Source of the DNA: Chloroflexota bacterium
GTDB lineage: Bacteria > Chloroflexota > Limnocylindria > Limnocylindrales > CSP1-4
Direction of reading: 5' to 3'
NCBI GenBank assembly: GCA_034436555.1
Contig: DAOTUU010000033.1
Location: 259,720-323,719 of the forward strand
DNA: 64,000 bases
The position numbers and the translations under genes are program-made. Of this stretch, positions 40,699 to 50,641 are shown one piece after another. Position 1 is the first letter of the stretch; every line of letters begins with the position of its first letter. The notes beneath the pieces are model-generated. The model was given only the letters and a program-made list of their open reading frames with translations, did no database searches and was not told the origin of the DNA.

Positions 40699-41076
40699 TC
40701 AGGCCTGGCGCATCCGCTGCAGCAGCTCCTCGGCGTGCGCCGCCTCCTCGGCATCGTCGACATCCGACAGGTCGTCGTCCGGCACCGCGAGCGATCGACC
40801 CGCGTCGGATTCATCGTCCCGCTCCAGCGGCTCGCCCGCGGGCAGCGCCGGGAGGTCGGAGGCCGCCATCGCCGCCTGCGGGATCTCGATGAAGCGGATG
40901 TGGACGAGCGGATAGAGGAACCACGACTCCGTGTGGTCGATGAACCCGGGCTTTCGTCCGTCGAGGAACCGCAGGTTCGTGACGGTGATGCACACGTCCG
41001 CCGCGGTGGGCAGCGCGCGCAGGTCGCACACCAGCGGCTGTTCCGAGGCGAAGTGAAGGACGGCTCCCTGGATCAT
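40699..41076 (-). CDS. Hypothetical protein with acidic C-terminal tail
   Basis: 125 aa, balanced composition, then DDDLSDVDDAEEAAHAEELLQRMRQA. Lies between dprA and topA. Confidence 0.45.
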   Translation of the reverse strand: MIQGAVLHFASEQPLVCDLRALPTAADVCITVTNLRFLDGRKPGFIDHTESWFLYPLVHIRFIEIPQAAMAASDLPALPAGEPLERDDESDAGRSLAVPDDDLSDVDDAEEAAHAEELLQRMRQA

Positions 41077-41216
41077 CGCTCGATGCTATCCGCCCGGGAG
41101 CGGCGCGCGCGACGGTACGGAGGTCCCGGACCCCGCGCCGCTCCGGGACGCGACGGCTCACCGGTCCGGGACGCGCCGGCGCCCCGAGTCGCGCCGGCGC
41201 CCGGGGACGCGCCCGC

Positions 41217-42425
41217 TCACCCGTCCGGACCGGACGCACCCGTGGGCGAGGCGGCGGCCAGGAGCGGTCCGGAGGGCAGATGCATCGCGCCGATCGGCGA
41301 GGTCCAGCCTCGCAGCTGGAGGAGCGTCAGCGCGCCCGCCACGACCGGCGCGGGCAGCCCCGTCCGGACGATCAGGGCATCCGACGTGGTGGGCCCCTCA
41401 TGGAGCTGCTCGGCGACCGCCCGCTCGACCGACCCGAGCATCGCCAGCGCCGCGCGGTAGCCCAGGCGTGGCACGGCGCCCTCGCCCCTGACGGTCGGCG
41501 CCGCGTCGAGGCCCAGGTCCACCACGAGCTCGTCGAGGCCCACGAGCGGCCGCGCGGGCGTCTCGCGCAGCAGCGCGAGGCAGCCCGCCGCCGCGAGGTC
41601 CCCCGGGCGGCCCGGGGCGACCAGGAGCCGTCGCCCCTGCTCGAGGGCGTGGCGCGCCGTGATGAGGGCGCCGCTGCGCGCGGGCGCCTCCACCACGATC
41701 GTGCCCAGGGAGAGGGCGCTGATGATGCGGTTGCGGCGCGGGAACGTGCCGCGCGTGGGCGCGACGTGCGGTGCGTGCTCGCTGAGGATGGCCCCGCCGC
41801 CCTCCACGATGGCGCGCCCCAGCCGGTCGTGGGCGCGCGGACCCGGATGCTCGAATCCGCCGCCGATGACGGCCACCGTGCGCCCGCCCGCCTCGACCGC
41901 CGCGGCGTGGGCCGCCCCGTCGATGCCCACCGCCAGTCCGGACACGACGACCGCGCCGGCCTCGACGAGCCGCCGCGCCACGCGCGTCGCGAGCGCCCTG
42001 CCGGACGGCGTGGGATGGCGCGTGCCCACCACCGCGACGCTTCGCGGCTCTCTGACCGCGTCGGCGGAACCGAGCCCGAAGACGGCCACCGGAGGAGGAT
42101 CGAGGTCGCGCAGACGGGCTGGATAGTCGGCGTCCAGCGGCGTGAGCGCCCAGGCATCCCAGGTGCGGAGGCGGCGCTGCGTGGCGCGTGGGTCCAGGGC
42201 GCTGGCACGGATGCGGCTCGCGGTGAGCAGCGTCAGTCGTCCGGGCGCCGCATCCAGCAGCCGGCCGATGGCCCTGTCCGCGTCCGGTCCGGCGGCCGCC
42301 TCCAGCGTCGCGCGCCCGCTCCCGAAGTGGCGCACGAAGCGCCCGAGCATGCCCTCGCCCACGCCGTCCACGCTCACCAGCGCGAGCCACGCGTCACGCT
42401 CCGAGACATCCGAGCGGCCGGTCAT
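41217..42425 (-). CDS. dprA: DNA processing protein DprA (Smf)
   Basis: Rossmann-like DprA core (VAVVGTRHPTPSGRALATRVARRLVEAGAVVVSGLAVGIDGAAHAAAVEAGGRTVAVIGGG). ATG overlaps the comM stop. Confidence 0.85.
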   Translation of the reverse strand: MTGRSDVSERDAWLALVSVDGVGEGMLGRFVRHFGSGRATLEAAAGPDADRAIGRLLDAAPGRLTLLTASRIRASALDPRATQRRLRTWDAWALTPLDADYPARLRDLDPPPVAVFGLGSADAVREPRSVAVVGTRHPTPSGRALATRVARRLVEAGAVVVSGLAVGIDGAAHAAAVEAGGRTVAVIGGGFEHPGPRAHDRLGRAIVEGGGAILSEHAPHVAPTRGTFPRRNRIISALSLGTIVVEAPARSGALITARHALEQGRRLLVAPGRPGDLAAAGCLALLRETPARPLVGLDELVVDLGLDAAPTVRGEGAVPRLGYRAALAMLGSVERAVAEQLHEGPTTSDALIVRTGLPAPVVAGALTLLQLRGWTSPIGAMHLPSGPLLAAASPTGASGPDG

Positions 42426-43999
42426 GCGGCGAGACCGCGCGCCATCACGTCCTGGCGCAGTGACAGTGCTGCGAGCACGTCCGGCTCGTCCACGGGCATC
42501 CGCCCGGCCAGATCCGCCACGGTGCGCGCGACCCGCAGCACACGATGGATGGCGCGGGCGCTCAGGTTCTCGGAGGCCGCGACCTCGCGCAGCCGCCGGT
42601 TCGCCGTCGGGCTGAGCGCAGCCGCGCGCAGCAGGTCCGAGCCGGGCAGCCCCGCGTTCGGCAGCCCACCGTTGCGGGTCAGACCCGCCGAGCGCGCCTC
42701 GGCGATGCGTCGCGCCACGACCGACGACGGCTCCGGATCCGGTCCGACCAGGAGCTCCGCGGGGTCCACCCGCGACAGCCGGACCTGGAGGTCGATGCGG
42801 TCCAGCAGTGGACCGCTCATCTTGCGCCGGTACCGCTCGACGTCCGCGGGCCGGCAGGTGCACCGGCGCTCGGCATCGCCCAGCCAGCCGCACCGGCAGG
42901 GGTTCGTGGCGGCGATGAGCTGGAGCTTCGCCGGATATCGAACCGACCCGGTGGCCCGGACGATCTCCACCGTCCCATCCTCCAGCGGCTGTCGCAGGGC
43001 GTCCAGCACGTCGCGGTCGAACTCGGCCAGCTCGTCGAGGAACAGGATGCCGTGGTGCGCCATCGTCACCAGGCCGGGCCCGAGCACGGGCCCACCACCC
43101 ACCATCGCGGCGTACGAGGTCGTGTGATGGGGGCTGCGGAACGGTCGCTGGCGGCCCGCCATCCCGGAGCCCACGCCCGCGACGCTCCGGATGACCGCCA
43201 CCTCCTGCGCCTCCGCCTCGCTCAGGGGCGTGAGGAGTCCCGGGATGCACCGCGCCAGGAGCGTCTTGCCGGCGCCGGGCGGCCCGCTCAGCAGCAGGTT
43301 GTGGCCCCCCGCGAGGGCGACCTCGAGCGCCCATCGGGCGTGCGCCTGTCCGCGCACGTCCGCGAGGTCGGCGGGCGCGAGCGACCCGGGATCGCGCTGG
43401 GCGCCATGTGCGGCCGCAGGACCCGCGGCCCCCTCCCCGCTGCCCGACACGGCCAGGGGCGGCCTGCGCACCGCGGCGCCCGCGGTTCGGCCGCGCGGAC
43501 CTGCGACCAGCCTCGCGGCGTCGTCCAGGCCATCCACGCCGACCAGCTCCACGCCGTCCACGAGGGACGCCTCCGCGAGGTCCGCCGCGGGCAGGGCGAT
43601 GCGCCGGTGACCCGCGCGTGCCAGGGTGGCGACCATCGGCAGCACGCCGGGCACCTGAAGCACCGTGCCCGCGAGCGACAGCTCCCCGAGGAGCGCCCAC
43701 GGCTGGCGCGCCGCGACCTGCCCGGACGCGACGAGGATGCCGACCGCGATGGCCAGGTCGTACGCCGCCCCGCGCTTCCGCCGATCGGCGGGTGCCAGGT
43801 TGACCGTGATGCGGCTCAGGGGATACTCGAACCCCGCGTTCCGCAGCGCCCCGCGCACCCGTTCCCGCGCCTCGGAGAGCGCCGTGTCCGGCAGTCCCAC
43901 GATGTGGCACACGGGCAGGCCGGGCGCGACATCCACCTCCACGTGGACCAGCTCGCCCCGCAACCCTGAGGTGACCGCCGTGACCAATGTCGCCAACAT
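42422..43999 (-). CDS. comM: Mg-chelatase-like AAA+ ATPase ComM/YifB
   Basis: N-terminal Lon-like domain (VHVEVDVAPGLPVCHIVGLPDTALSEARERVRGALRN), Walker A LLSGPPGAGKTLLAR, GILFLDELAEF, C-terminal ChlI region. Confidence 0.85.
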   Translation of the reverse strand: MLATLVTAVTSGLRGELVHVEVDVAPGLPVCHIVGLPDTALSEARERVRGALRNAGFEYPLSRITVNLAPADRRKRGAAYDLAIAVGILVASGQVAARQPWALLGELSLAGTVLQVPGVLPMVATLARAGHRRIALPAADLAEASLVDGVELVGVDGLDDAARLVAGPRGRTAGAAVRRPPLAVSGSGEGAAGPAAAHGAQRDPGSLAPADLADVRGQAHARWALEVALAGGHNLLLSGPPGAGKTLLARCIPGLLTPLSEAEAQEVAVIRSVAGVGSGMAGRQRPFRSPHHTTSYAAMVGGGPVLGPGLVTMAHHGILFLDELAEFDRDVLDALRQPLEDGTVEIVRATGSVRYPAKLQLIAATNPCRCGWLGDAERRCTCRPADVERYRRKMSGPLLDRIDLQVRLSRVDPAELLVGPDPEPSSVVARRIAEARSAGLTRNGGLPNAGLPGSDLLRAAALSPTANRRLREVAASENLSARAIHRVLRVARTVADLAGRMPVDEPDVLAALSLRQDVMARGLAA

Positions 44000-44215
44000 G
44001 GGCAGAGCATGCCGGGCGCCACTTCACCGGGACTCATCCCCGGCTGCACCGTGGATCATCCCCGACTGCACCGGGGCTCATCGGGGTCGGACCGCGGGTC
44101 CGTGGATGAGGACGGCGGCACGGTCCTGTGCCGGGATGGAACAGCCGGCGCCCCTTCGCCAGTCAGACTCTGTGGACGCGATCCTCGCATCACGTCACAC
44201 CGAGGAAGGGGCAGC

Positions 44216-44773
44216 GTGGACCAGAGGGGACTCGTCGAGCGGGCCAGCCGGGGCGATCATGACGCCTTCGGCGCGCTCATCGGCGCGCACCTCGGGCGAA
44301 TGGACAGCGCCGCCCGCCTCATCCTCCGGGACGCCGAGCTCGCCCGCGACGCGATCCAGGAGGCGACGATCCGCGCCTGGCGGAACCTGCCCGGCCTTCG
44401 GGACCCGGGCAGGTTCGAGGCCTGGCTCCATCGCCTGCTCGTCAACGCCTGCCTCGACCTCGCGCGAGGTCGGCGTCGGCTCGCCGAGGTGGAGCTCAGC
44501 GAGGTCCACGACACGCCCGTCGCAGATGCATCCGCGCGCGTGGACGATGCCGACCTCGTGATGCGCATGCTCCTCCGCCTCGAGCCGCCCCAGAGAGCCG
44601 TGGTGGTGCTGCACTACCACCTCGACCTGTCCATCGACCAGACCGCAGCGGCGCTGGGCATCCCGCCCGGCACCGCCAAGTCCCGCCTGAACCGCGCGCT
44701 CGAGGCGATGCGCATCAGCGTCGCGCACGAGATGCCGCGACCGGTTCCCGGACACACGGAGTCCGTCGCATGA
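44216..44773 (+). CDS. ECF-type RNA polymerase sigma factor (sigma-70 regions 2 and 4)
   Basis: GTG 44216 with GAGGAAGGGG upstream. LVERASRGDHDAFGALIGAHLGRM, EAWLHRLLVNACLDLAR (region 2). C-terminal LSIDQTAAALGIPPGTAKSRLNRAL (region 4 HTH). Confidence 0.75.
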   Translation: MDQRGLVERASRGDHDAFGALIGAHLGRMDSAARLILRDAELARDAIQEATIRAWRNLPGLRDPGRFEAWLHRLLVNACLDLARGRRRLAEVELSEVHDTPVADASARVDDADLVMRMLLRLEPPQRAVVVLHYHLDLSIDQTAAALGIPPGTAKSRLNRALEAMRISVAHEMPRPVPGHTESVA

Positions 44774-46173
44774 TCCCGGCGCCCGACCATCGACCGCTCG
44801 ACCCTCAGCGGCTCCGCGCCGCCCTCGACGAGGGCGCGGGACCCGGTCGGACCGACCAGCTCGCGGACCTCGTCGCGCTGGCCAGCCGCACGCGGCAGCG
44901 GCCAGCGTGGACATTCCCCGAAAGGTGGCTTCCCATGACGGTCGCTCTCCAGCCCGCGGTGGTCCCGCGGGCGCACCTGGCGCTGCTCGCCGCGGCGCTG
45001 CTCTCGCTGATCTCCCTCGCCGCACTCCTCGCGGGCCAGGGGAGCCCGGCGCCGATGTCGCTCGGGCGGGCGCACAACGGTCTCATCGCCTTCGACTCGG
45101 GTGACGGGAACATCTACGTCGCGGATCCCGACGGCGGTCGACCACGCCTGTTCCTGGACCGCGAGGCTGAGCTGCGGTGGCCCGCGTGGGCCCCGGACGG
45201 CGCTCACCTCGCGTACTTCGAGATGGTCTCGACCGGCCCCGAGCGCACCGATGACCGGGCGCTCGTCCGCGTGGTGGATGCTGACGGGAAGGGTGACACC
45301 GACCTGACCGGGGGTCAGGCGCTGACACCGTCCATCTCGTCGCACTGGAGGACCGATGCGTCTCCCGCGGGACTGGCGTGGTCTCCCGACTCCCGATGGC
45401 TGGCCCTGTCCGTGCTCGTCGCACAGCCGCCGGGCTCCGCGGCGGTCCATCCCGCGATCGTGGTCATCGCCGCGGACGGATCGGGGGTCACCCCGCTGCC
45501 CCTCCCGCTCGACGCCTACGATCCGGCGTGGTCTCCGTCGGGTGACCGGCTCGCCTTCCATGCGCAGACGCCCTTCGAGGACTCGACCACGGGCGTCTGG
45601 ACGTCGAAGGCCGACGGGAGCGGCGCGACGCTCGTGCTGTCTGCCGATGGGACCGGACCCCATGACCTCGAGACGGACTACTCGTTCTCGGGTCCGCGGT
45701 GGGACCCCACCGGGCAGTGGATCATCACCTTCGTCTCCGACGACACCTCCGAGTCCGATCACGACATCTGGGTCGTGGGCGCCGAGGGCGAGTCTCCCCA
45801 CCGGCTGCTCGACGACCCGACGCCGGAGTGGTACCCGTCCTGGTCGCCCGACGGCGGGCTCGTGGGGTACCAGGGCTTCGACGCCGAGGGCGCCCTGGGG
45901 CTGCGCACGGTCCACGCCGATGGCACCGGACCCGCGGTCCTCCAGACCGGAAGCGGCAACGACGGGAACGGCCCGCTCGTGTGGGCGCCCGACGGGGACG
46001 CCATGCTGACGTACACCGGCGAGTCGACGTCCGACGGTCGGCAGATGACCCACCCGACCATCGTCCACATCGACCCATCGGTGCCACCCACGATCATCAG
46101 CGATCCCGGCGGCCCCCGGCCGACGGACTGGAGCGAGTGGATGGGACTGACCTGGCAGCCGCTCGGCGGCTGA
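44770..46173 (+). CDS. Putative anti-sigma factor: one TM segment followed by a TolB/PD40-like beta-propeller
   Basis: ATG overlaps the sigma stop (ATGA). TM AHLALLAAALLSLISLAALLAG. Repeated WxPDG blades (WAPDGAHLAY, WSPDSRWLAL, WSPSGDRLAF, WDPTGQWIIT, WSPDGGLVGY, WAPDGDAMLT). Confidence 0.65.
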   Translation: MIPAPDHRPLDPQRLRAALDEGAGPGRTDQLADLVALASRTRQRPAWTFPERWLPMTVALQPAVVPRAHLALLAAALLSLISLAALLAGQGSPAPMSLGRAHNGLIAFDSGDGNIYVADPDGGRPRLFLDREAELRWPAWAPDGAHLAYFEMVSTGPERTDDRALVRVVDADGKGDTDLTGGQALTPSISSHWRTDASPAGLAWSPDSRWLALSVLVAQPPGSAAVHPAIVVIAADGSGVTPLPLPLDAYDPAWSPSGDRLAFHAQTPFEDSTTGVWTSKADGSGATLVLSADGTGPHDLETDYSFSGPRWDPTGQWIITFVSDDTSESDHDIWVVGAEGESPHRLLDDPTPEWYPSWSPDGGLVGYQGFDAEGALGLRTVHADGTGPAVLQTGSGNDGNGPLVWAPDGDAMLTYTGESTSDGRQMTHPTIVHIDPSVPPTIISDPGGPRPTDWSEWMGLTWQPLGG

Positions 46174-46245
46174 GCTCCGCGGGGTGCGGGTCGTGTCGTC
46201 CGCGCAGGTCACCGCGGGCGACACGGCCGCTGGCCGGCGACCGAC

Positions 46246-47490
46246 CTATCGACCGCCCGCGGTGATCGCGCGCAGGCGCTGGGGAGCCGGCGCGGGCGCC
46301 GGTGCCGCCGGGGCCCGGATCTCGCCGACGGCCCCGTCGAGTCGGCGCGCCATCTCCGCGATCGACGCGGCGATGCCGGCCTCCACGCGACCCGCCTGGA
46401 ACGGACGGCCCGTGTTCAGCCCGGTGATGGCGGCTCGATAGTCATTGACCACCAGATGCGCGATCTCGCGCTTGAGCACGCTCTCGACGCTCTTGAGCGA
46501 GACGCCGGTCATCGCGTTGGAGCGGTTCATGACCAGCGACAGCCGTTCCTTCGGCACGCCCACCTGGCTCAGCGTCTCCATCACGAGGCGCACGTTCTTG
46601 ATGCACGAGAGGTCGGCGTTGAGCACGATCATCACGCGGTCCGCGATGCCCAGGACGTCCAGCGCGTGGTCATCCAGGCGCTGGTCCAGGTCGAGCACCA
46701 CGAAGTCGTGGAGCGTCCGGAGCACCTGTGTGGCCTGGAGCAGATGGTGCCGCTCCGCGCTCACCAGGTCCGCCGTCTCGGGGGTCGGTGGCGCCAGCAG
46801 CAGGTCGATGCCGCTCGCATGCCGCACGAGCACGGAACCGACCAGTTCCGCGTCGATGCCCGGGGCGTCCACCAGGTCCACGATGGAGCGCCTGTCCAGG
46901 CCCACATCCAGGAACACGCGGTGGTCCCCGAACTGGAGGTTGGCATCCACGAGGGCGACGCGCCGACCCTGCTGGCGGTGCAGGCCGATGGCGGTGTTGA
47001 CCGCGAGCGTGGTGGTCCCCACGCCTCCCTTGGCCCCGTAGAACGCGAGCACCTGGCCCAGTGCCGGCCCGGGCGACGCCACCCGCTGGGGGTCGGATGC
47101 CGGTCCCTCCCGGCGCGCAGGCGAGCGGGCGAGGAAGCGGCGCACGCGTGCGCTCAGCTCGGCCGGATGGACGGGCATCGCCAGGTAGTCGTCCGCCCCG
47201 GACCGGAGGGCGCGCAGCTTCACGCGCGGATCCGCGCCGCCGACGAGCACCACGGGCGTGCGCGGCCCCGGCGACTCGCTGCGGCGGAGCTGCTCCACGA
47301 ACTGGGTGCCGTCGATGCCCGCGAGATCGGTGTCAGCGACGATGACCGCGGGGCGTTCCGCCGCCCATCCCCGCATCGCCTCCCCCGCCGAGGTGGCCAG
47401 GAGCAGGTCCAGCCCCCCTCCAGACAGCGCGGTGCCGAGAAGATCCTGGACGGAGGCGTCGTCGGCGACGACGAGGATGCGCGGATTCAC
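46246..47490 (-). CDS. Response-regulator receiver domain fused to a MinD/ParA-type ATPase (CpaE/TadZ-like)
   Basis: REC-like N-terminus (RILVVADDASVQDLL ... VIVADTDLAGIDG ... DDYLAMPVHPAEL). Deviant Walker A FYGAKGGVGTTTLAVN. Confidence 0.75.
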   Translation of the reverse strand: MNPRILVVADDASVQDLLGTALSGGGLDLLLATSAGEAMRGWAAERPAVIVADTDLAGIDGTQFVEQLRRSESPGPRTPVVLVGGADPRVKLRALRSGADDYLAMPVHPAELSARVRRFLARSPARREGPASDPQRVASPGPALGQVLAFYGAKGGVGTTTLAVNTAIGLHRQQGRRVALVDANLQFGDHRVFLDVGLDRRSIVDLVDAPGIDAELVGSVLVRHASGIDLLLAPPTPETADLVSAERHHLLQATQVLRTLHDFVVLDLDQRLDDHALDVLGIADRVMIVLNADLSCIKNVRLVMETLSQVGVPKERLSLVMNRSNAMTGVSLKSVESVLKREIAHLVVNDYRAAITGLNTGRPFQAGRVEAGIAASIAEMARRLDGAVGEIRAPAAPAPAPAPQRLRAITAGGR

Positions 47491-47561
47491 ATCGCTGAGG
47501 CTATCCCCACCCCACCGGACCGCTCACCGGCCGATGGTCCCACCGGGCCGCGCCGGACGGG

Positions 47562-48545
47562 CTACCCGACGGGCGGCACCGGCGGCTCCGGGGCGGGCGC
47601 CTGGGGGGCGGGCGGGTCGATGCGCCGGACACCGGCGACCGCCGGCGCGCCCGGACCATCGCCGACCGGATCGTCGAATCCGCGATCCACGAACCGACCG
47701 ACCTTCTGGGCGAGCTCGGTGAGCTCCAGCGGCAGCACGTACTTGGTGGACGGGCTGGCGCCCAGCTGCTTGAGCGTGTCCAGGTACTGGAGCACCATCG
47801 TCCGCTCGTCGACCACGCGCGCCGCCGAGAAGATGCGCTCGAGCGCCTGGCTGAAGCCCTCCGCCTCCAGGATCGCCGACTGGCGCTGACCCTCGGCGCG
47901 CAGGATGGCCGCCTGCTTCTCGCCCTCGGCCACGTTGATGTTCGACTGGCGCGCGCCCTCGGACTCGGTGATCACCGCGCGCCGGTTGCGCTCCGCGGAG
48001 AGCATCCGGTTCATCGCGTCCTGGACGTCGCGCGGCGGGATGATCTCGCGGATCTCCACGATCGTCACCTTGCCGCCCCAGCGCTCGGTCTGCTCGTCCA
48101 GCTTCGTGCGCAGCACCTCGTTGATCTGCTCGCGCTTGGACAGCACGTCGTCGATGAGGATGTCGCCGATGACCGCGCGGAGCGTGGTCGTGGCGATGCC
48201 CTGGAGGGCACCCGCGAAGTACGCCACGTTCACGATCGAGGACAGCGGGTCGGTGATGCGCCAGTAGATGAGGAAGTCGATGTTGATGGGCGCGTTGTCC
48301 TTGGTAATCGCGCTCTGGCTGGGGATCTCGATGAACTGCTCCCGCAGGTCCACCTTCACGGGACGGTCGATGAACGGGATGATGAGCACGAGCCCCGGGC
48401 CCTTGACCTTGTCGGGGCCGGTGCGGCCCAGTCGGAACACGACCAGCCGGTCGTACTCGTTGACGATCCGGACCGTCAGCACGACGAGCACGAGGATGAC
48501 CACCACCACCAGGACCAGGGCGGCGATGGTGATCGAGTCGAACAT
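47562..48545 (-). CDS. SPFH/band 7 (stomatin/prohibitin-like) membrane protein
   Basis: N-terminal TM, then RLVVFRLGRTGPDKVKGPGLVLIIPFIDRPVKVDLREQ. Coiled-coil AEGEKQAAILRAEGQRQSAILEAEG. Confidence 0.85.
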   Translation of the reverse strand: MFDSITIAALVLVVVVILVLVVLTVRIVNEYDRLVVFRLGRTGPDKVKGPGLVLIIPFIDRPVKVDLREQFIEIPSQSAITKDNAPINIDFLIYWRITDPLSSIVNVAYFAGALQGIATTTLRAVIGDILIDDVLSKREQINEVLRTKLDEQTERWGGKVTIVEIREIIPPRDVQDAMNRMLSAERNRRAVITESEGARQSNINVAEGEKQAAILRAEGQRQSAILEAEGFSQALERIFSAARVVDERTMVLQYLDTLKQLGASPSTKYVLPLELTELAQKVGRFVDRGFDDPVGDGPGAPAVAGVRRIDPPAPQAPAPEPPVPPVG

Positions 48546-49942
48546 CAGGAGGCGCTCCTCTCGAGCCGCTCCAGCCGGGTGGGCCCGGTGGAGCCGGCGA
48601 TGACGGGTTCCACGATGAGCACGAGGCCATCCTGACCCACGACCCGCACCGCGGTGTCACGGCCCAGGGGTCTTCCGTCCAGGCTTCGGGCGCTCCACTC
48701 CTCGCCTGCGGCGCGGATGGAGCCGACCGGGTCCAGGGTCCGGCGGACGGATGCGGCGGTGCCCGGGGCCAGCAGGTGACGCTGGCGATCCACCACGCCG
48801 ATGTTCATGCGGGGCATCCGCCGAGCGCGCACGGCGGCCCACAGCACCACCCCGACGAAGCCCGCGGTGAGCGTCGTCATCACCGCGATGACCGGCAGGG
48901 CGACCTCGACGGCCGGGCCCACGGGCGAGCCGGGCTCCGTGTACAGCGCCGACGCGCCCAGCACGAACGCCACGAGCCCGCCCATGGCGAGCAGGCCATG
49001 ACTGGTGATGGTCAGCTCCAGCACGAACAGCACGACCGCGAGCGCGATGAGCAGCAGCCCGGCCACGTTCAGCGGCAGACTGCCGAAGCCGATGAACGCG
49101 AGCAGCAGCGCGAAGGCGCCCAGCACCCCCGTCACGAGGTTCGGGTTCTGGAGCTCGAACAGCAGCCCGTAGAAGCCGAGCGTGAACAGGATGAACGCGA
49201 TGTTCGGGTCCGCCAGCAGATGCAGGAAGGACTGGAGCGGGTTCATCGCCTCGTCCACCACCGGCGCCTCCGCCAGGTCCAGGGTGACCGGACCGGACGC
49301 GGTCGTCACGACCCGTCCGTCGACACCCGCGAGCAGCGTCTCCAGGGTCGCCGCCTTGAGGTCGATGGCACCCGCCGCGAGCGCCGCATCCACGGTGTGG
49401 GAGGTGGCGTCGGTCACGGTGTCCACGGCCCAGTCCACCGGGCGCCCGCGCGTCTCCGCGAGGGCGGTCACCCAGGCGACCGTGTCGTTGCGCACCTTCT
49501 CGCCGAGCGCCCCGTCGATGTCCTCTCCCTGGGCGCCCACCGGCGTGGCCGCCCCGATGTTGGTGCCGGGCGCCATGGCCGCGACGTGCGCCGCGAGCGT
49601 GATGAACGTGCCGGCGCTCGCGGCGCGCGCCCCCGACGGCCCCACCCACACGATGATCGGCACGCGTGATGACAGGAACGCCTGCACGATCGTCCGCGTC
49701 GCCTCGAGCGAGCCGCCCGGGGTGTCGAGCCTGACCACGAGGGCCGCCGCGCCGTCGCGCTCCGCGCGCGTGACGCCGTCGGCGAGATAGTTGGCCATCA
49801 CCTGGTCCACCACGCCGTCCGCGGTCAGCACGCGCACGGGCGGCGCGTCCTCGCCCGCTGCCGCGGCGCCGAGCATCATCAGCAGGCCCAGTGCCAGAGG
49901 CAGGGCGCGGAGCAGGAGGCGGACGCGAAGGCTCATCGTCAT
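48545..49942 (-). CDS. NfeD-like membrane-bound ClpP-class serine protease (SPFH partner)
   Basis: Signal peptide, ClpP-like domain (LDTPGGSLEATRTIVQAFLSSRVPIIVWVGPSGARAASAGTFITLAAHVAAMAPGTNIGAATP), TM helices, C-terminal OB-fold. Start at ATG (MTMSLRV). Confidence 0.8.
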   Translation of the reverse strand: MTMSLRVRLLLRALPLALGLLMMLGAAAAGEDAPPVRVLTADGVVDQVMANYLADGVTRAERDGAAALVVRLDTPGGSLEATRTIVQAFLSSRVPIIVWVGPSGARAASAGTFITLAAHVAAMAPGTNIGAATPVGAQGEDIDGALGEKVRNDTVAWVTALAETRGRPVDWAVDTVTDATSHTVDAALAAGAIDLKAATLETLLAGVDGRVVTTASGPVTLDLAEAPVVDEAMNPLQSFLHLLADPNIAFILFTLGFYGLLFELQNPNLVTGVLGAFALLLAFIGFGSLPLNVAGLLLIALAVVLFVLELTITSHGLLAMGGLVAFVLGASALYTEPGSPVGPAVEVALPVIAVMTTLTAGFVGVVLWAAVRARRMPRMNIGVVDRQRHLLAPGTAASVRRTLDPVGSIRAAGEEWSARSLDGRPLGRDTAVRVVGQDGLVLIVEPVIAGSTGPTRLERLERSAS

Positions 49943-49961
49943 CAGGCGGTGCCTGACGCGA

Positions 49962-50582
49962 TTATCCCATCCTCGGAGACGTCTGCCCCGCGCGGACCGA
50001 GGCGGACCCCGGGAACAGGTGGTCGAACACGAGCGACGACCAGGTCTCCATCCGGTCCTGCACGCCGCGGCACTCGGCGGGCGTCGCGAAGGCACCCTCG
50101 AGCTTGTGGGTCTCGCGCACCGCAACCGGCCGACCCTCCGCCTCCACCAGGTAGACCAGGCCGACGTGCACCCGGCCGACGGGCGTGGAGTCGTCGTTGA
50201 GCAGTCCCACCAGCACCGGCTCGGGCTCCCACGGCGCGTCGAGCTCCTCCGCCCACTCCCGGGCGATGCCGCCCGCGACCCCGCCATCCTCGGGGTTCAC
50301 GTGGCCGCCGACCCCGATCGACCAGCGGTCGTGGAGCCGCGCGTCCCCGCCCGCGCGGGTGCGCCGCATCAGGAACACCGAGCCGCGGTCGATGACCACG
50401 AGGTACGGGATGACCTGCTTCCAGGCGGGGTCGGTCTCGCACGCACCCCGCCGGCGATGGCTGCCGTGCCGCTCGACGAGCGCGAGGCGCCCGGCGAGGT
50501 CGCCGTGGAGCACGCCCTGCCACCCGCCGTCGGCCATGAGCACGTCGCGGGGCAGCCCGAGGACCAGTTCGTCGTCTGCCAT
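49962..50582 (-). CDS. NUDIX hydrolase
   Basis: GGHVNPEDGGVAGGIAREWAEELDA matches the Nudix box GX5EX7REUXEEXGU. Confidence 0.75.
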   Translation of the reverse strand: MADDELVLGLPRDVLMADGGWQGVLHGDLAGRLALVERHGSHRRRGACETDPAWKQVIPYLVVIDRGSVFLMRRTRAGGDARLHDRWSIGVGGHVNPEDGGVAGGIAREWAEELDAPWEPEPVLVGLLNDDSTPVGRVHVGLVYLVEAEGRPVAVRETHKLEGAFATPAECRGVQDRMETWSSLVFDHLFPGSASVRAGQTSPRMG

Positions 50583-50641
50583 GCGGTGATGCTACCGGCG
50601 CGCGGGGCGACCCGGCGCCGACCCGGGTACCCTTCGCGGAC

